This document shows, in pieces, positions 1 to 12,956 of a stretch of DNA of 64,000 nucleotides (within the stretch, counting starts at the first letter, position 1; each line of letters begins with the position of its first letter). A program made the translations under genes and the position numbers. Under the pieces are notes generated by a model. The model was not told the DNA's origin. It did not search any database and was given only the letters and a program-made list of their open reading frames with translations. This stretch comes from Azolla caroliniana (lineage: Eukaryota; Plantae; Polypodiophyta), in NCBI GenBank assembly GCA_043228905.1, contig JBHGNT010000003.1, forward strand, positions 7,192,001 through 7,256,000, in the 5' to 3' direction.

Positions 1-3000
1 AGATCTCTTCTTCTTCCATCCTCCTTTTCTTCCATTCCTCCATCTCCATCTCCATCTCCATCGTCCACGCAACGTCCTCTTGCTCGTCTTCTTCTTCTTC
101 TTCTTCTTTTCCTAGCGCGACAAATTCATCGACAACTTCTTTGTCATCCTCAAGTTCTTCTTTAATTTCAGAGTTCTCAGATACGAAACTCGGTTGTATC
201 ATCCTCCCAGGCCACGGTATTTTTCAACTCAAATTGCTGCATTCGCTTCTGCCGCAGTTACACAACTCTGCGTCATCAGAAGGTATGAGCTGTGTATCCT
301 GAATGAGCTGATTCTGCATGTTTCCGTTCAAGCATTGTTTCCTCCTACATGTACATACCTATGAAAATGTCTTTTGATGAAGATTTAGCAGGTGCTGTTA
401 TTTGAAAGGTTTAGAAGGTCAATGCTCTCATGATATCAGAATATTTATGCATTTTTATATAAACTTGTCAGATGATCATTTCCACAGATAATATATGAGT
501 TTTTTGCAGGTGAACACAGTAACGTGAGCAAAAAAATTCAATTCATGGAAATGGAGCCTATAAATAGTTTCAGCGTTATAGATGAATTGATACAGACTTA
601 CAATAACACCTCAGACAAATTCGATGAGGTCAATAATATATTCGATCCTGTCGGCCAAAGGGAAATCTTCAACGATACAATTTCAAATCTTGATGATCCG
701 TCCATTGCGTCCACTCAATATGGCCACGATGTTGATGTTTCCTCTGCGTATAGTAATACAAGAACTGAGCATAATGACAAGAGCGTTCCCCGTGATAACA
801 CCGGTAACTCCATAAATTCTTCGGAAACGACGGAACCAGAACTAAAGTTTAACCGAGAGTCAAGTAATTCAGAATCTGCGTTACAGTATTTAAATCACCC
901 GGCTAGTACTGTAGAACCAAAACAAAATATTCATGAAACATTACCTCCCAAGATCGGTATCCTGGACGGATCAGATGACGTTAGCGAGTTTCATGATAGC
1001 AGTAAAAAGATCGATTTGGAAACGAATCTGATCGGCTTCCTCTGTGATGACAATGCGGGTGGTTTGATGAAAACAATTCAGAAGATGCGTAGCCTTCTGC
1101 AGCAGCAGGAAATGGCCGATGTACTAAAAGAGAACACTGAAGTGACTGCTCCAGCTCATATTACTGAGTCTATGAGCGATACTATAAAGTCCATCTTCAA
1201 CTTCTGGTTCCCACACAGGCTATTGCATCTCGCCTGTAATCTCGATTCAGTTTCCTGTGCAAAAACGTTAATTGATCAAGCACAGATTAATGTTCACAAT
1301 TTTGCTCACGATAGCTACCATGGATTCATGTCTATTAGTGCATCTGTGGATATTACTAATGCTATTGATGAGCAAGGGAGAACAGCACTTCACCACGCTG
1401 CAGAGAAGCTTTCATTGAGATGTATAGAGTTGTTGTTGAGCAAACATGCCAAGGCAGACTTGCGCTCAAACGATGGCTATACGCCCTTGCAAGCAGCTTT
1501 GCACAACAAACGGTAAGAGCTAAATATACGGAGCTACTTTGCTCGAATCTTATTTCGTGTCAGTCTTGCTTTAAGCTGCGTTCATCGGAGTGCATACATT
1601 TCCTACGATATTAGCTTTGTTTTAAGCTGCGGCTTTCATTTGAACGCATACATTTCCTAGAATATCAGGTTTGCTTTCAGCTGCATTCGTCAGAATGAAT
1701 ACATTCAATAGAATGTCACATTTGCTTTAAGCCGAGCTTTTCATTTGAATGCATACGGTTCCTAGAATATCAGTTTTCTTTCAAGTTGCTTTCATTAGAA
1801 CGAATACATTTACTAGAATATAAGCGTCGCTTTAAGCTGAGCCTTTCATTTGAATGTATACATTTTCTTAAATATCAGTTTTGTTTTGAGATGCTTTCAT
1901 TAGAATGCATATACATAGAAGATCAGTTTTATTCAAGCTTCTTTTATTAGATAAATTTCTTAGCATATCAGATCATTTGCTTTCTTATGCGTCTTTCACT
2001 TGAATGCATAATATTCCTAGAATATCAGTTTTGATTCGAGGTTTATTCAGAATGCATACATTTCTAGTTGACTCGGGAAGTTACACTTTTTAAAAGATTC
2101 TATCCATATAGTGCTACTTTCCTTCTAGTTCAAATAGTAAAATACAACACCAAGAGACTTAAAATATAAATCAAACTAATATAAAATCGTGCAATTACCA
2201 ATGAATCTTTAAATAGTGCTCTATATAATAGTCGTCTGTAGCTTGTCATGTGCTTAAATTGCCAATATCCTTAATTCAAGAGTTTCAGATGCGATTTTGA
2301 TGTTGTATGTTGGAATTAGATCAATATAATTATGCAACCAGAGATAAAGTTCCGTGCTAGTTACATTCTGTTGTACACCTGGTTGTATAGCTGTTGCTCC
2401 TTCAGAAGATTGTACAGTCATCAATGCTGTGATTTTGATGTTGTATGATTGAACCGTTGCTAGTTCAGAAGATTGTACAGTTATTAATGCTGTGATTTTG
2501 ATGTTGTATGATTGAATCCAATGGGGAGAATTCATGGTTCAGTCGAATGACTATTAACATGCAGGTGGGAGAAGGTGTGGCAGTCACTTCCTCCCAAGGA
2601 CATAATAAGAATCATCAAAAGTCAGGTGATCCACACACCTATTCCCTTCGCCACATTAATATTTAATTTCGCATCAATTTATTCTGATTCGGACTGTGCA
2701 CTACCTCAGGATCTGAAAGCTATACAGATTTTGGCAAACCACACAAAGGATACGTTGAATTTAGCTTTCCAACTCGCAATGGATGGGGATCCTATTGCGT
2801 TCACAGCATTTCTACTTGCTGCTGGAAAATCCCTTCTCAGCAAAGAAAATGGATATGAAAACTTAATTGTCATGATTGTTGAGCAACTTTTACCTGTCGC
2901 TAACTCTAAGGAAAACTTTAGCAATGTATTGATGGGAGAGACAACGAACAAGATTGCAAGTAGAGATGAATTACAGAAAAAGAGGCCTGCAATTCTCATT

Positions 3001-6000
3001 AACCTGGAAATTACCGTGCTCTTGAAGGAAGAAATTGAAGAAAACAAGATGCCAGAAAATCGAAGGAAAAATGCTGCACCAATATTAAGAGCCGCACAGG
3101 TCCTCTGTATATGAAGAGATCTCATAGATAGTATTTTATTTACACCAGCCAATGGCATTTCAATGTATGCTGGATATGTATATTTGCAGGCTGGAGATGA
3201 AATGATTGTTAAGGTTCTCTTGAATGATGTCACTTGTATCAATGCTACAGATTCAGACGGCAATACAGCTTTGCATTTGTGTCTCAGAACGAGTGTTACA
3301 ACAAAATCGTTGGGGTAATTATGATCATGTGTTTATTTCAATCATTTGCAATGCTCTATAAATTGGTAGGCCTAAAACTAACAAATAATGACATGAAAAT
3401 CAGGATTGTCTGGCAGCTTATCAGACATGGATCATCTGTAATTTCAAGAAACAGGTTGGGTTTCACCCCCGTGCATATTGCTGCAGGATATGGCCATATT
3501 CAAGCTTTGCAGGTCTGTTCCTGGTTTATTAAATTTCTTTTCCTCATATCAATATAATATGGAACCTCAGCGTAGAAACTTTGTTCACTACTTATATTCA
3601 GTACCAAAATATCCGAACTGGTATTATAATGCATTGAGTTTCAGCTACTATTAGCACAAGGTCCAGATACAGTTCACATGGCAGCAGAAACAAAAGAAAC
3701 TCCACTCTTTTTAGCTGTAAAAAATAATCACATTGAATGTGCAAAGCTCCTCCTCCAGTTTGGATCAAATCCGAAGATTATGAATCTAAGGTTGGTATGA
3801 AGATTAATTTCAATAACGATCAATCGTTCACAAGTTCAAGACATGAGGTGAACACATCTGTTTCAGGAAACAAAGGCCTATCGATTTGGCAAGTTCAGAG
3901 CACATGCGGGCAGTTCTCTCACAAAACACAAAACATACATCAGGAAAGACATGTTTGTAATATGATCTAGAGGAAGAAAATATGTACAAGTTTATGTCTG
4001 GAATTTCTGGTCCTTAGATTGATCTTATACTAGCAGTAGTATTGCAGTGGCAGCTGAGACAACCATACCAACAGGCTTCCCAATGAACGTAGGAGAGTCT
4101 CAAGTGGAAAATGGCGCGCAGGTTACAGATTTCAGAAATATGGAGGAGTTCCTTGATGATGAGCTGTAAGTGATGCTATGTGCGAGACTTTTCAAATTAA
4201 TTATCAGTCAGTCTACTGCTAAAGAATACATACGTCAGATTAGAAATAACAAAAACAATTAGAAATCTCATTAAAATGGTATGAGTAAATAACTGACATT
4301 GCCAATCTTTTGTGCATATTTTGGCAGATTCAAGATGCAGAAAACACATGCAAAGACTGTCCTGTGTCGATATCATAAGTTGTCTGGAGGATGTGCACGA
4401 GGCGATGCATGTTTTTATGCCCATGGGGAACAGGAACTTCGACCTGTAGTTGGAAATGAAAAGGTTTTTTGTTTTAGCATCCAATTACCAACATAAAGAA
4501 AACATTTTAATTGTGCTACAAAATAACTTGCTACAATTGAGTCATATCTTTGCAGGTTAAAGTTGCACTTCCAGATCTAACTAATAAGAAAATTTTTGTG
4601 GGAGGTCTTCCACCTGCAATGGGATCTGGTATAATCCTATGTTGATCGACAAACTTAACAGTAAAATGCTGATGCTCTAAAACTTAATTCGATATATCCA
4701 GATGAATTGAAAGGGTTATTTGAAGATCAATTTGGGCCAGTATCAGAAGCTGCAGTCATGGGCAATCATAGTGGAGGCCGGATTCAATCAAGAGGATTTG
4801 GTTTTGTAACATTCAAAAGCCAATCATCTTATCTTGAGGCTGTTAGGCAACATTTCATAACACTTCATGGGAAAAGGGTGAGGTCACAGCTAGTGAAACA
4901 TGCATATATTAACCTCTCTGATATTTCACATCAGTATATACTTGTAAGGAAACTAATCCAATCCTTGTAGGTAGAAATTAAAGCGGCAATGGAGTTCTCA
5001 TCAAGAACAGATGAAGAGCTACTGGAAATGCATCTCTCACATTCATCCATGAAAGTGTTCTCTGCACAAGGGCAGGATCAAGTGACAGAGAAACGAAACA
5101 CTCTGAATGTAACATCTAATAATGCTTCCACTAAGGTAAGAAGCAATAGTCCCTTCTGGCTTTCCGCCTTCAAAAAATGGTTCCCTGCGTTCTTGAGAGG
5201 AGTTTTGCGACGGCAAGAAAGTTATCCTCTGTCATCAGTAAAGGCAGATTTCAGAGCTACGTGTGGTTTGGAGCTAGATCATGTTTCAATTGGTTATGCA
5301 AAACTGAGTGATTTCCTGCACACAATGCCAGATGTATGCAAAATGAAAATTGTTCCTGTTGGAAAAGGACCTGCAACTCATGTCATTCTACAACCATGTA
5401 ACTTGGCATCAGAAACATCCCACATGTCTAGACCATTGAACTCTTCTTTGGTACATGAAGGAAGAACATATGCGACTGCAGTCGGGACAAATCCTGCAAA
5501 CATCTCTTTCAAGGTTGAACCTTCAGAAATTAAAGGAGATTGCCCATATGCGACTGCAATTGGGACAAATCCAGCAAATATCTCTTTCAAGGTTGAACCT
5601 TCAGCAATTAAAGTAGATTGCCCAGGTTATATAGGTTCTGCGAATTCCAACTTCACCAATAGTACCATAATGGCTCAAAGCTTTCCCAATGACAATACCG
5701 AAGATTTTTTTTCAAGAAAACTTGGGAAAAAAATGCCTTCCTATATAAATACTGACCAGAACAGCATACAAGATGGCAATGCACAGGATCTGAGAAGACA
5801 GATCATTCACAATAACCAGCAGCGACTAGTACAAGATTTGGAAAAGTACTCTTCGATTTCACCCATGGATGGAGATGGTGAGCGACAATATATCCCTTTG
5901 CTGAAGACATCACACAACGATATGGAATCAGACAGTGCATGGAAACAGGCACAGTATAGAGGAAATAAGATCAATTCTAACCAAAATGATCCGTATTTAA

Positions 6001-6682
6001 CTCCAGAGCAGAACATCACATCTCTTTTGAGTAGCCATGACCTAGAGTACAATATGCACAACTATGCAGCTCATGAACGTCTCCAAATGCAATATAATTT
6101 ACCTGATCCGTTCAATGTCTCTGAAATGGCATCTGTGTTAATCCCACCTGCAGCATTACAAGGGATTGTTCCATCCTTGAATCAACATTTGCATGAAAAA
6201 CCCTTACGAGATCAAGCGCAAGAATATAATCAAACAACAGGAAGCTTTTTCGAGGATTATGTATGTCCTTACTACAATCCATGGAACACAAATACATTTC
6301 AAGGATGCAAGAGACTTATCCAAGAGATGAATTTGGTACATAATACTCCAGAGGTAAATTAGAAATAAAACCCAACTTTGATACTTATTTGTGTCATGAA
6401 GGCTATACATGAAGGTTGCATCTTTACTTTCAGGAGTCATCTGATCAAAGTACCCTTACATCTGAAGGTTCAAATGATTCTCCACCTCAGTCAGTTCATA
6501 AACCGACAATACTAAACAGGTGTGTAATTTGCTGTGATGAGACTGCAATATGGACCGCATTGCCTTGTGCCCATAGAGTTATGTGTTTTACATGTAAGGA
6601 TATTTTGCAAAAGAAGAATCAAAGCCTTAGACATTGCTTGATCTGCATTAGGGCAGCTCAGGATTGGGTAATGCAGTGTTAA
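1..6682 (+). CDS. Multi-exon gene (5' end upstream of window): ankyrin repeats + CCCH zinc finger + RRM + OST-HTH/LOTUS + C-terminal C3HC4 RING; putative RNA-binding E3 ligase
   Basis: Approximate GT-AG exons: <1-282, 510-1512, 2565-2625, 2710-3099, 3190-3314, 3404-3512, 3645-3790, 3867-~3950, ~4037-4165, 4328-4463, 4557-4628, 4702-4877, 4971-6353, 6434-6682. The junction near 3950/4037 is unresolved. Ankyrin motifs: GRTALHHAA, GYTPLQAAL, GNTALHLCL, GFTPVHIAA, ETPLFLAV. CCCH: CRYHKLSGGCARGDACFYAH (C-x8-C-x5-C-x3-H). RRM: RNP2 KIFVGGL, RNP1 RGFGFVTF. LOTUS-like: YPLSSVKADFRATCGLELDHVSIGYAKLSDFL. RING: CVICC...PCAHRVMCFTC...CLIC. Confidence 0.88.
1560..2068. repeat. Degenerate intronic minisatellite, ~51-55 bp units (about 10 copies)
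   Basis: Recurrent TTTGCTTTAAGCTG...TTTCATTTGAATGCATACATTTCCTAGAATATCAG motifs within intron 1513-2564. Confidence 0.75.
2401..2516. repeat. 63-bp-period intronic tandem duplication
   Basis: TTCAGAAGATTGTACAGTYATYAATGCTGTGATTTTGATGTTGTATGATTGAA at 2401 and 2464. Confidence 0.85.
5467..5623 (+). repeat. 78-bp in-frame exonic tandem duplication (26 aa)
   Basis: YATAVGTNPANISFKVEPSEIKGDCP followed by YATAIGTNPANISFKVEPSAIKVDCP. Confidence 0.9.
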
Positions 6683-8082
6683 GTAGAGGGGAAAACTGAG
6701 GTAAAAAACCCCTAATGATTATGAAAAGACTGATGAGCAATGTAATATGATTTCTAAGTAAAATTTGGTCGATAAGGCAAACATTACAAAAATTCTCTAA
6801 GTGTTGATATGACTAAAAATTAGGGTGGCTTAGGTGTATACACATGTACTGCTTCTTTTGAATAAAGCAAAACATCCTAGACTTACACTATTTAAGCTGT
6901 TCCAAACATTTTGCTTATAGCTAATACTAATGATGTCTCATTCACTTGGCCAAATTGATAAGGATCAAGTGATAAAAGTAAAGAGCTGTGGCTTGTTGAT
7001 GGATTCACCATTCTATTCTGATGGAGATTATGTTGGGAATATTGATTACACTGCATTAGAATTATTGCGCTAATTTTTTCTCCAACGTTTGCTTAGATTG
7101 CATTGATTTTGATAGGATAGGTCATTCATCATCTTAGGCAAAAGTTAAAGATACCTCGTTGAGAGCCTACAAAAACATCTAGGTGATTGACATGCATTTC
7201 GATGAAGAAAGAAATTATCTTTGTGAAACTTCATAAGACCAAGATTCTGATATTTAACACGAATTAAGAGTGGACGAATCAGTTGGACCACCAATGGACA
7301 GTTAATCGGGTACACGAAGGTCATATGCCACATTTACAGGACCTTGTTTCTGCACAAAATAGGCAGCTGAGAATATGCTAAGATTTCGGTGAGAGAAAAT
7401 GACATACGAGTGGCGTAGTGTAGTATCATGTTCTTTTTGCTTCCTAACTCAATCATATCAGTACAAAGAACCTCTCATAACGCTGGGCTGAGAAAAAACA
7501 TACCATTACAAAGGTATCTTGTTTCCTCGTAATAACGCATACATGCCACAGAGTTTCAGGCTGAGAAAAAGGTCATTCAAGGAGAGGAGTCTCATGTCCC
7601 CTTTGTTTCATAACCCAGACAAGATCATTCAAGCATACATTACAAGAGCATGCAAGAATCTGAGGTCAAGAAGAGCACATACTAGGAGAGTAGTATTGAG
7701 TTCCTAAACCCATGTAAGTATTGGGACGTGATTCAAATTTGGAGATCCATTCCCAACTCCTGTGTATCTAACAAATCTAATGCATCATGTGTGCCCATGC
7801 TCCTAGTTCTCTTGGAACATATACAGAATTCTGAGAAAATCTACACAAGGAAGGTAGTATCTAGTTCTGTTTGTTTCCTGCCAGTAGTAACATATATACA
7901 TGACATGAAATGTCATGGCCTAGTATACACCGAGGAGGACAACGTAAAGTTTCAAAGTGCAACAACAGAATGCTTGCCTTGGTGGAGGCGGCAACAAAAT
8001 GAAAGAAACTCGTGAGGTCGCTCATCGGCCTGATGGGATTCGCGGTAGCACTTTAGCACTTATAATGAAATAAAGATTAACT

Positions 8083-8580
8083 TGTGCAAGTTATTCGAGA
8101 AAAACAACAAAATACACAACTAAACAAAATTAACAAAATTATGCACGATACACCACACCACACCACAAATATTTTAACGTGGAAAACCCTCAAGAAGGGG
8201 CGCAAAACCACGAGACCAAGTCTTGAACAATTCATTATCAACGTATGAAATATGGTACACCAAAGTTCTACTCTAAATATATGAGAGTACTATGTAAAGA
8301 GGAAAGTAAACTTTCTTTTAATAATTTAAACCTAACTAACAAGACACAAAAAGACCACCAAAGACTCATAACACGTGGCTAGTAACATCTAAACATATTG
8401 GCATTTAATCAATGTACTCAAAACCTGATGTAGAAGGCCAATGGGAAGCCTATGAGTTCTCCAAATTTCTGCTCTACTCTTGACATAAATTTGTACATTC
8501 CCCCCATAAGGCCAAGGGGAAGCCTATGAGTTCTCCAAATTTTTGCTCTACTCTCAACATAAATTTGTACATTCCCCGCA
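8083..8580 (-). mobile_element. Probable Copia solo-LTR remnant with a 74-bp tandem duplication (8435-8580)
   Basis: TTTAACGTGGAAAACCC motif is the reverse complement of the GGGTTTTCCACGTAAA motif in the Copia C/C' LTRs of this window; duplicated AGGCCAA...GTACATTCCCC unit; boundaries uncertain. Confidence 0.4.
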
Positions 8581-9652
8581 CTCTCCCCCACCCTTTTCCT
8601 ACGTTTAAAAAGTAGGTATAGATATGTAAATACATATAAGTGTGAGCCTTTCCACATTGTGTTAAAAATAATATCATTTGGGCATCGAGGGCCCATCCAC
8701 ACACCTAAACAATGTGGCTAGAAATACTAACACGGCCTTGATTAGAAGTGGCCCTTCCATTCCATCAGTGTGGAAGGTATGGCACCAAAAACAACAAAAG
8801 AAACTCATCAGATTGCTCATTGGCCTTCCCTACATGTGGGAATTATGCACGTTGCAGGATGATCATCAACTGTCGTTGCCTCTCGCGAGAAAGGACTTGA
8901 GAGTATTCACGCTTTGGTACATGAGCACATACTTCATCTTCTGAGTAGTGGAGGCATTGTCTGAGCAAGGATATGCTCACACAAGAAATATGATCTATAG
9001 AATATATTCTATTCGATTATAGTCGTGATAGAATGGGGGACATATGGGTGTCTCTCTAAACCCAAACCGAATCATCGAAGCTTGACAATTGAAGGAATGG
9101 TTATGTGTGTTGTCAAGCTGATGAGAAAACCTTCCCATAGATATATTCAACATGTGTGTAGCAAAAAGTTGAACTAAGATACTTAGACCTTGTAGCTATG
9201 TGCTCGGTTTCAATTGAATCCAAACCAAATGGTTATTGGTTTGAATATAAACGAAAGACTTGGTTTGGTTCTAAACCCCAAGTTTATTGGGTTTTTGCTC
9301 AAGTATTTTTAGTTTTTCTAATGGTTCATTAGTTTAATTAATTTAATAATTTCATTATTATTTAATTTGACCTAAAGATTTGTGATTGAATAGTTTGGTT
9401 TAGATTCACCTTTTCCTTTAATGGATTTGATTTCACCTTTTCCATAGACGATTTGGTTCAAATGTCTTGGTTTTAACTCAAATTGAATTGATTCCACACT
9501 TAACAAGCATAAATGAAGTTTTCATGATCTCACATTCTTTAGAAATGGGGAATTGGGAGTTATAAATAAGCTCCTCTTCCTCTTAGTTTTGCATCCTCAA
9601 TTTTGTACTCTTCTTTGCTACGTGTCACCTAACTATCTCCCATAGCCCAATT

Positions 9653-11238
9653 GAGGTGGTTGGATCTTGTGTCTATCTCGAAGTCACTTTTAGTGCCCGC
9701 TCAGGTAAATTTTCGATGACACAGGCAACGAAGGATAGACTTATGAGAGGACATGCATCCCTCTCACTCCTAGAGAGACAATGCCATCAAGCATACTTTC
9801 AAGAGCCACTGACTAAAGGGTGGCTCTTCGACTCATTAGTGACCCCCTCCCTCATGTATGCATCAATGGTTTGGGCTCCAGGACTACCATCTTTCATGTG
9901 GACGCAATTAGAGAGACCATTGGTGATGGTGTTATCATGCCAACTCCGAAGCAAATCAATAGTACCACATGACATTATTAGGGTTGAGTTCACTTTACCC
10001 TTGATGTTAGTAGAGGCACTTTTTCAACTTGTAGTCTTTATTCACAAGATACATACCCAACCACATGATAGAATATCTTGTCAAGCCTTTGAGGCCTCTC
10101 GATCACTGTATGAGTTCGACTATACTAGCTTATGGAATAGCATGATGGTGAGTTGGCTTCTTGCGAACGGTCTAGACATTAATAACCTACCTCCCCTTCG
10201 GTACAACCACACGATTGATAACACTTTAATCTCTCATGAGTACCGCAATAAAGTAATACGCCAAGAAATATGACAAATTTACACTCGGTATAAATGGATC
10301 ACCCCACTAGAGCCACTCCATCTAAAATGTTGTACTATGAGGAACACTTCACACACTTCAAGTTAGGTTTTATTACACGGCCAAAATATCTAGATGTATT
10401 CTTACCACATACACTAAGGGTTGCCATTGGACAACTTAGAATATCATCTCACTAACTTGAAATTGAGAATGGTCGTACTAATGGAGTCCCTAGGGAGGAA
10501 AGGATATGTAGGTTATGCCACATTGAGATAGAGGATGAGTACCACTTTACATGCAAGTGTCCAACCTACGCCGAGATAAGGGCAAAATACCAAGACATAC
10601 TTGGTTCCTCTCCCACCCTCCCCAAACTATTAGATACTCTAGATATAAAGAAATTAGGCAGATACATCCTAGAGCTAAAATAACACAGAGAGAATAAGTT
10701 ACAAAATATTGACAATAATGTTGCTAATGTTCAACAACATGTAACAAATGAAGTTTTTCAAGAACAGGGGGAGACAACGAATGTTGACGCACCTGCACCA
10801 CTCGGCCTTTTCCTTGATGAAGCAGAAAAGCAAAGCAGAACCAGACAACGGGGTTTCAAAGCAACTCGATGTGGTGTAGAAGCAATAAAGAAAATAAGGG
10901 AACGTGAGCTACACCGCGTAGAAGCCATGATTGGGGCATTCTCTACACTAGGACCATGGGTCACACCCACACCAAAACCCTTTGACCTCCCACTTCTTTT
11001 CGAGAGGCTTGGGTGGAAATGAAATTAGGCTTAGTGCAAAGTCACTTCCTTTATCGAATATACCACGTTTTGTACACTACTAGAACTCTTTTAGCTTAAG
11101 TTCTATTTTTATTTTATTTTATTTTTAGTTTTGATGATTGGATAAATACCCATTTTGTTGTAAACCAACTGTCTCATGGGTCCGAGGAGTAGGCTGCTTA
11201 GAAGACGTTAATATATCTTTCTTTCTTTCTTTCTTTCT
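9653..11238 (+). mobile_element. 5'-truncated LINE (RTE/RTEX-like) 3' fragment, degenerate
   Basis: Post-RT thumb (YLEVTF...LFDSLVTPSLMYASMVW); C-terminal zinc knuckle (LRISSH*LEIENGR...RICRLCHIEIEDEYHFTCKCPTY) at ~10435-10570; internal stops; (TTTC)n tail 11216-11238; possible TSD CCCAATT at 9646-9652 and 11239-11245. Confidence 0.75.
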
Positions 11239-12273
11239 CCCAATTTTAATAGAGTAGGCTGCTTTGGAGGACATAGGCTTAATTGGCCGAATCTCGGAAA
11301 ATTTTGGTTTTGTTTCTCTCTCTGTCTTACTCTATCTAATAGCTTTATTCTCAGTTAAATATGTTGTTATTTTGACGCTTCCACAACAAGATGCATGGGT
11401 GTTTCTATTTCCATATATTTATTCAACATACGTGTAGCTATGGGCTTGATTTTGGCTAAAACCAAACCGAACCAAACTGTTAAGCCACGATTTAATGGTT
11501 TATTGGTTCCAATATAATTAAACACTTTACTTTGGTTCAATCATTATTAAATGGTTTCCAAGTATAGATGAAATGCCCATGATCTTGGGTATAAATCTTG
11601 TGTTGCTCACTGTTTATGAAGTAAAAAAGGTGGAGTCATGTGGGTTGCTCAAAGAATACCATTTTCATGATAAGGTTGATGTGAAGCTAGTATTGTGTGA
11701 GGTTCCACTCGTTAAGCTATTTTCATCCTCATTTTCTTTTTTGTTCCTTCGACCAATATATAAACCTTAGCCTCAAATTTATCTAGATATCATCTATGTT
11801 CTTCTTCTTAACAAGGTGTTGAAGGTTGCTCTTGCTTGTCTTAATATACAAATTCCACTTGTCATTTTCCATTATGAGAGTTTTCTTGTCCTTGTATCAA
11901 TGATATCTTATAATACTGCCTATTTGTTGTGCCCTTGGCATGTTTTGTGTGCGTTGTAAGAGTTACAACTCATGACAACACAAACTCAACTATGACCAAC
12001 TAGGAGAAGAAGACATGATAGACAATCCAAGAGGTGGTCTATCTAAATGAACCCTTTGTTGCAAAAGATAGACAACTTGAGCCACAAGTAAAGTTGGTTG
12101 CAAACCTCATGGAGGTCATTGTGAAATCAGCCACATATGATAAGACCATTTCTTTCGACCCTACATTTGTGGACCCAAGAGGAGATAGGGTAGAGAAGCC
12201 AACAAATGATCTACCTAAAGGAACTCTTCGTTGCAAAAGAGACATAAATGAAGTTGGTCCTCATAGACGAAAA

Positions 12274-12577
12274 TAGGGATCGACAATGGCTTAGCTCAAG
12301 CCTAAACCGGTTTAAAACGGCTTAGTAGCATAGCAGCTCGATTTGGCTCAACTTAGGCTTGAGCTTGGCTAAACGGTTTGAGCTCGGTTCAGCTTGGCTT
12401 GAGCCTTGCCAAACCGGCTCAAACCGGTTAAGCCGTTTATGTGATTGACTAGTTAGGTTAGAGGAAAACTTAAAAGTTAGAAATTAGTTAGAAACTTGAG
12501 AGAGAGAGAGAGTGACTCATTGAGATGAAGCCATAGCCATAGCCATAGCCTACCACCGTTGAATCAGAGACTACACA

Positions 12578-12616
<39 letters not shown>

Positions 12617-12956
12617 AAAGCTCGGATTAAGGTGGCTATGGTGGCAAGGCCTAGGGAAAGCCATGTCCATGTGCTAGCTAGCAAGTTGTCTTGTAGAAGT
12701 AGGGAAATTGGCATGCATGTCTCCATAGCCATCATATATTTGTATCTGAGATGGTGATGGTGGTAGTGATGCTAATGATGATGTTGTTAGAGGTTGAGGG
12801 GAAGAAAAATAATGGTGAGGTTCCCAAACCGGTTTAGGATTGGTTTGGTTTGGTTTGGTTCAAGTTTGAGTACCCTAAAAACAGTTTAGGCGTAACCGAT
12901 TTGGACTGGATAAGACCAAACAGGTTAAGCCTAAACCGAACCATTGTCGATCCCTA
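12274..12956. mobile_element. hAT-type MITE (non-autonomous TIR element)
   Basis: 16-bp perfect TIR TAGGGATCGACAATGG / CCATTGTCGATCCCTA; degenerate 8-bp TSD GACGAAAA / GATGACAA; many subterminal AAACCG/CGGTTT motifs; no ORF. Confidence 0.85.

Noticed and set aside
9050-11560. AAACCAAACCG-rich similar patches at ~9050-9500 and ~11390-11560
   Set aside because: Probably eroded hAT-MITE remnants; no TIR pair or TSD could be defined.
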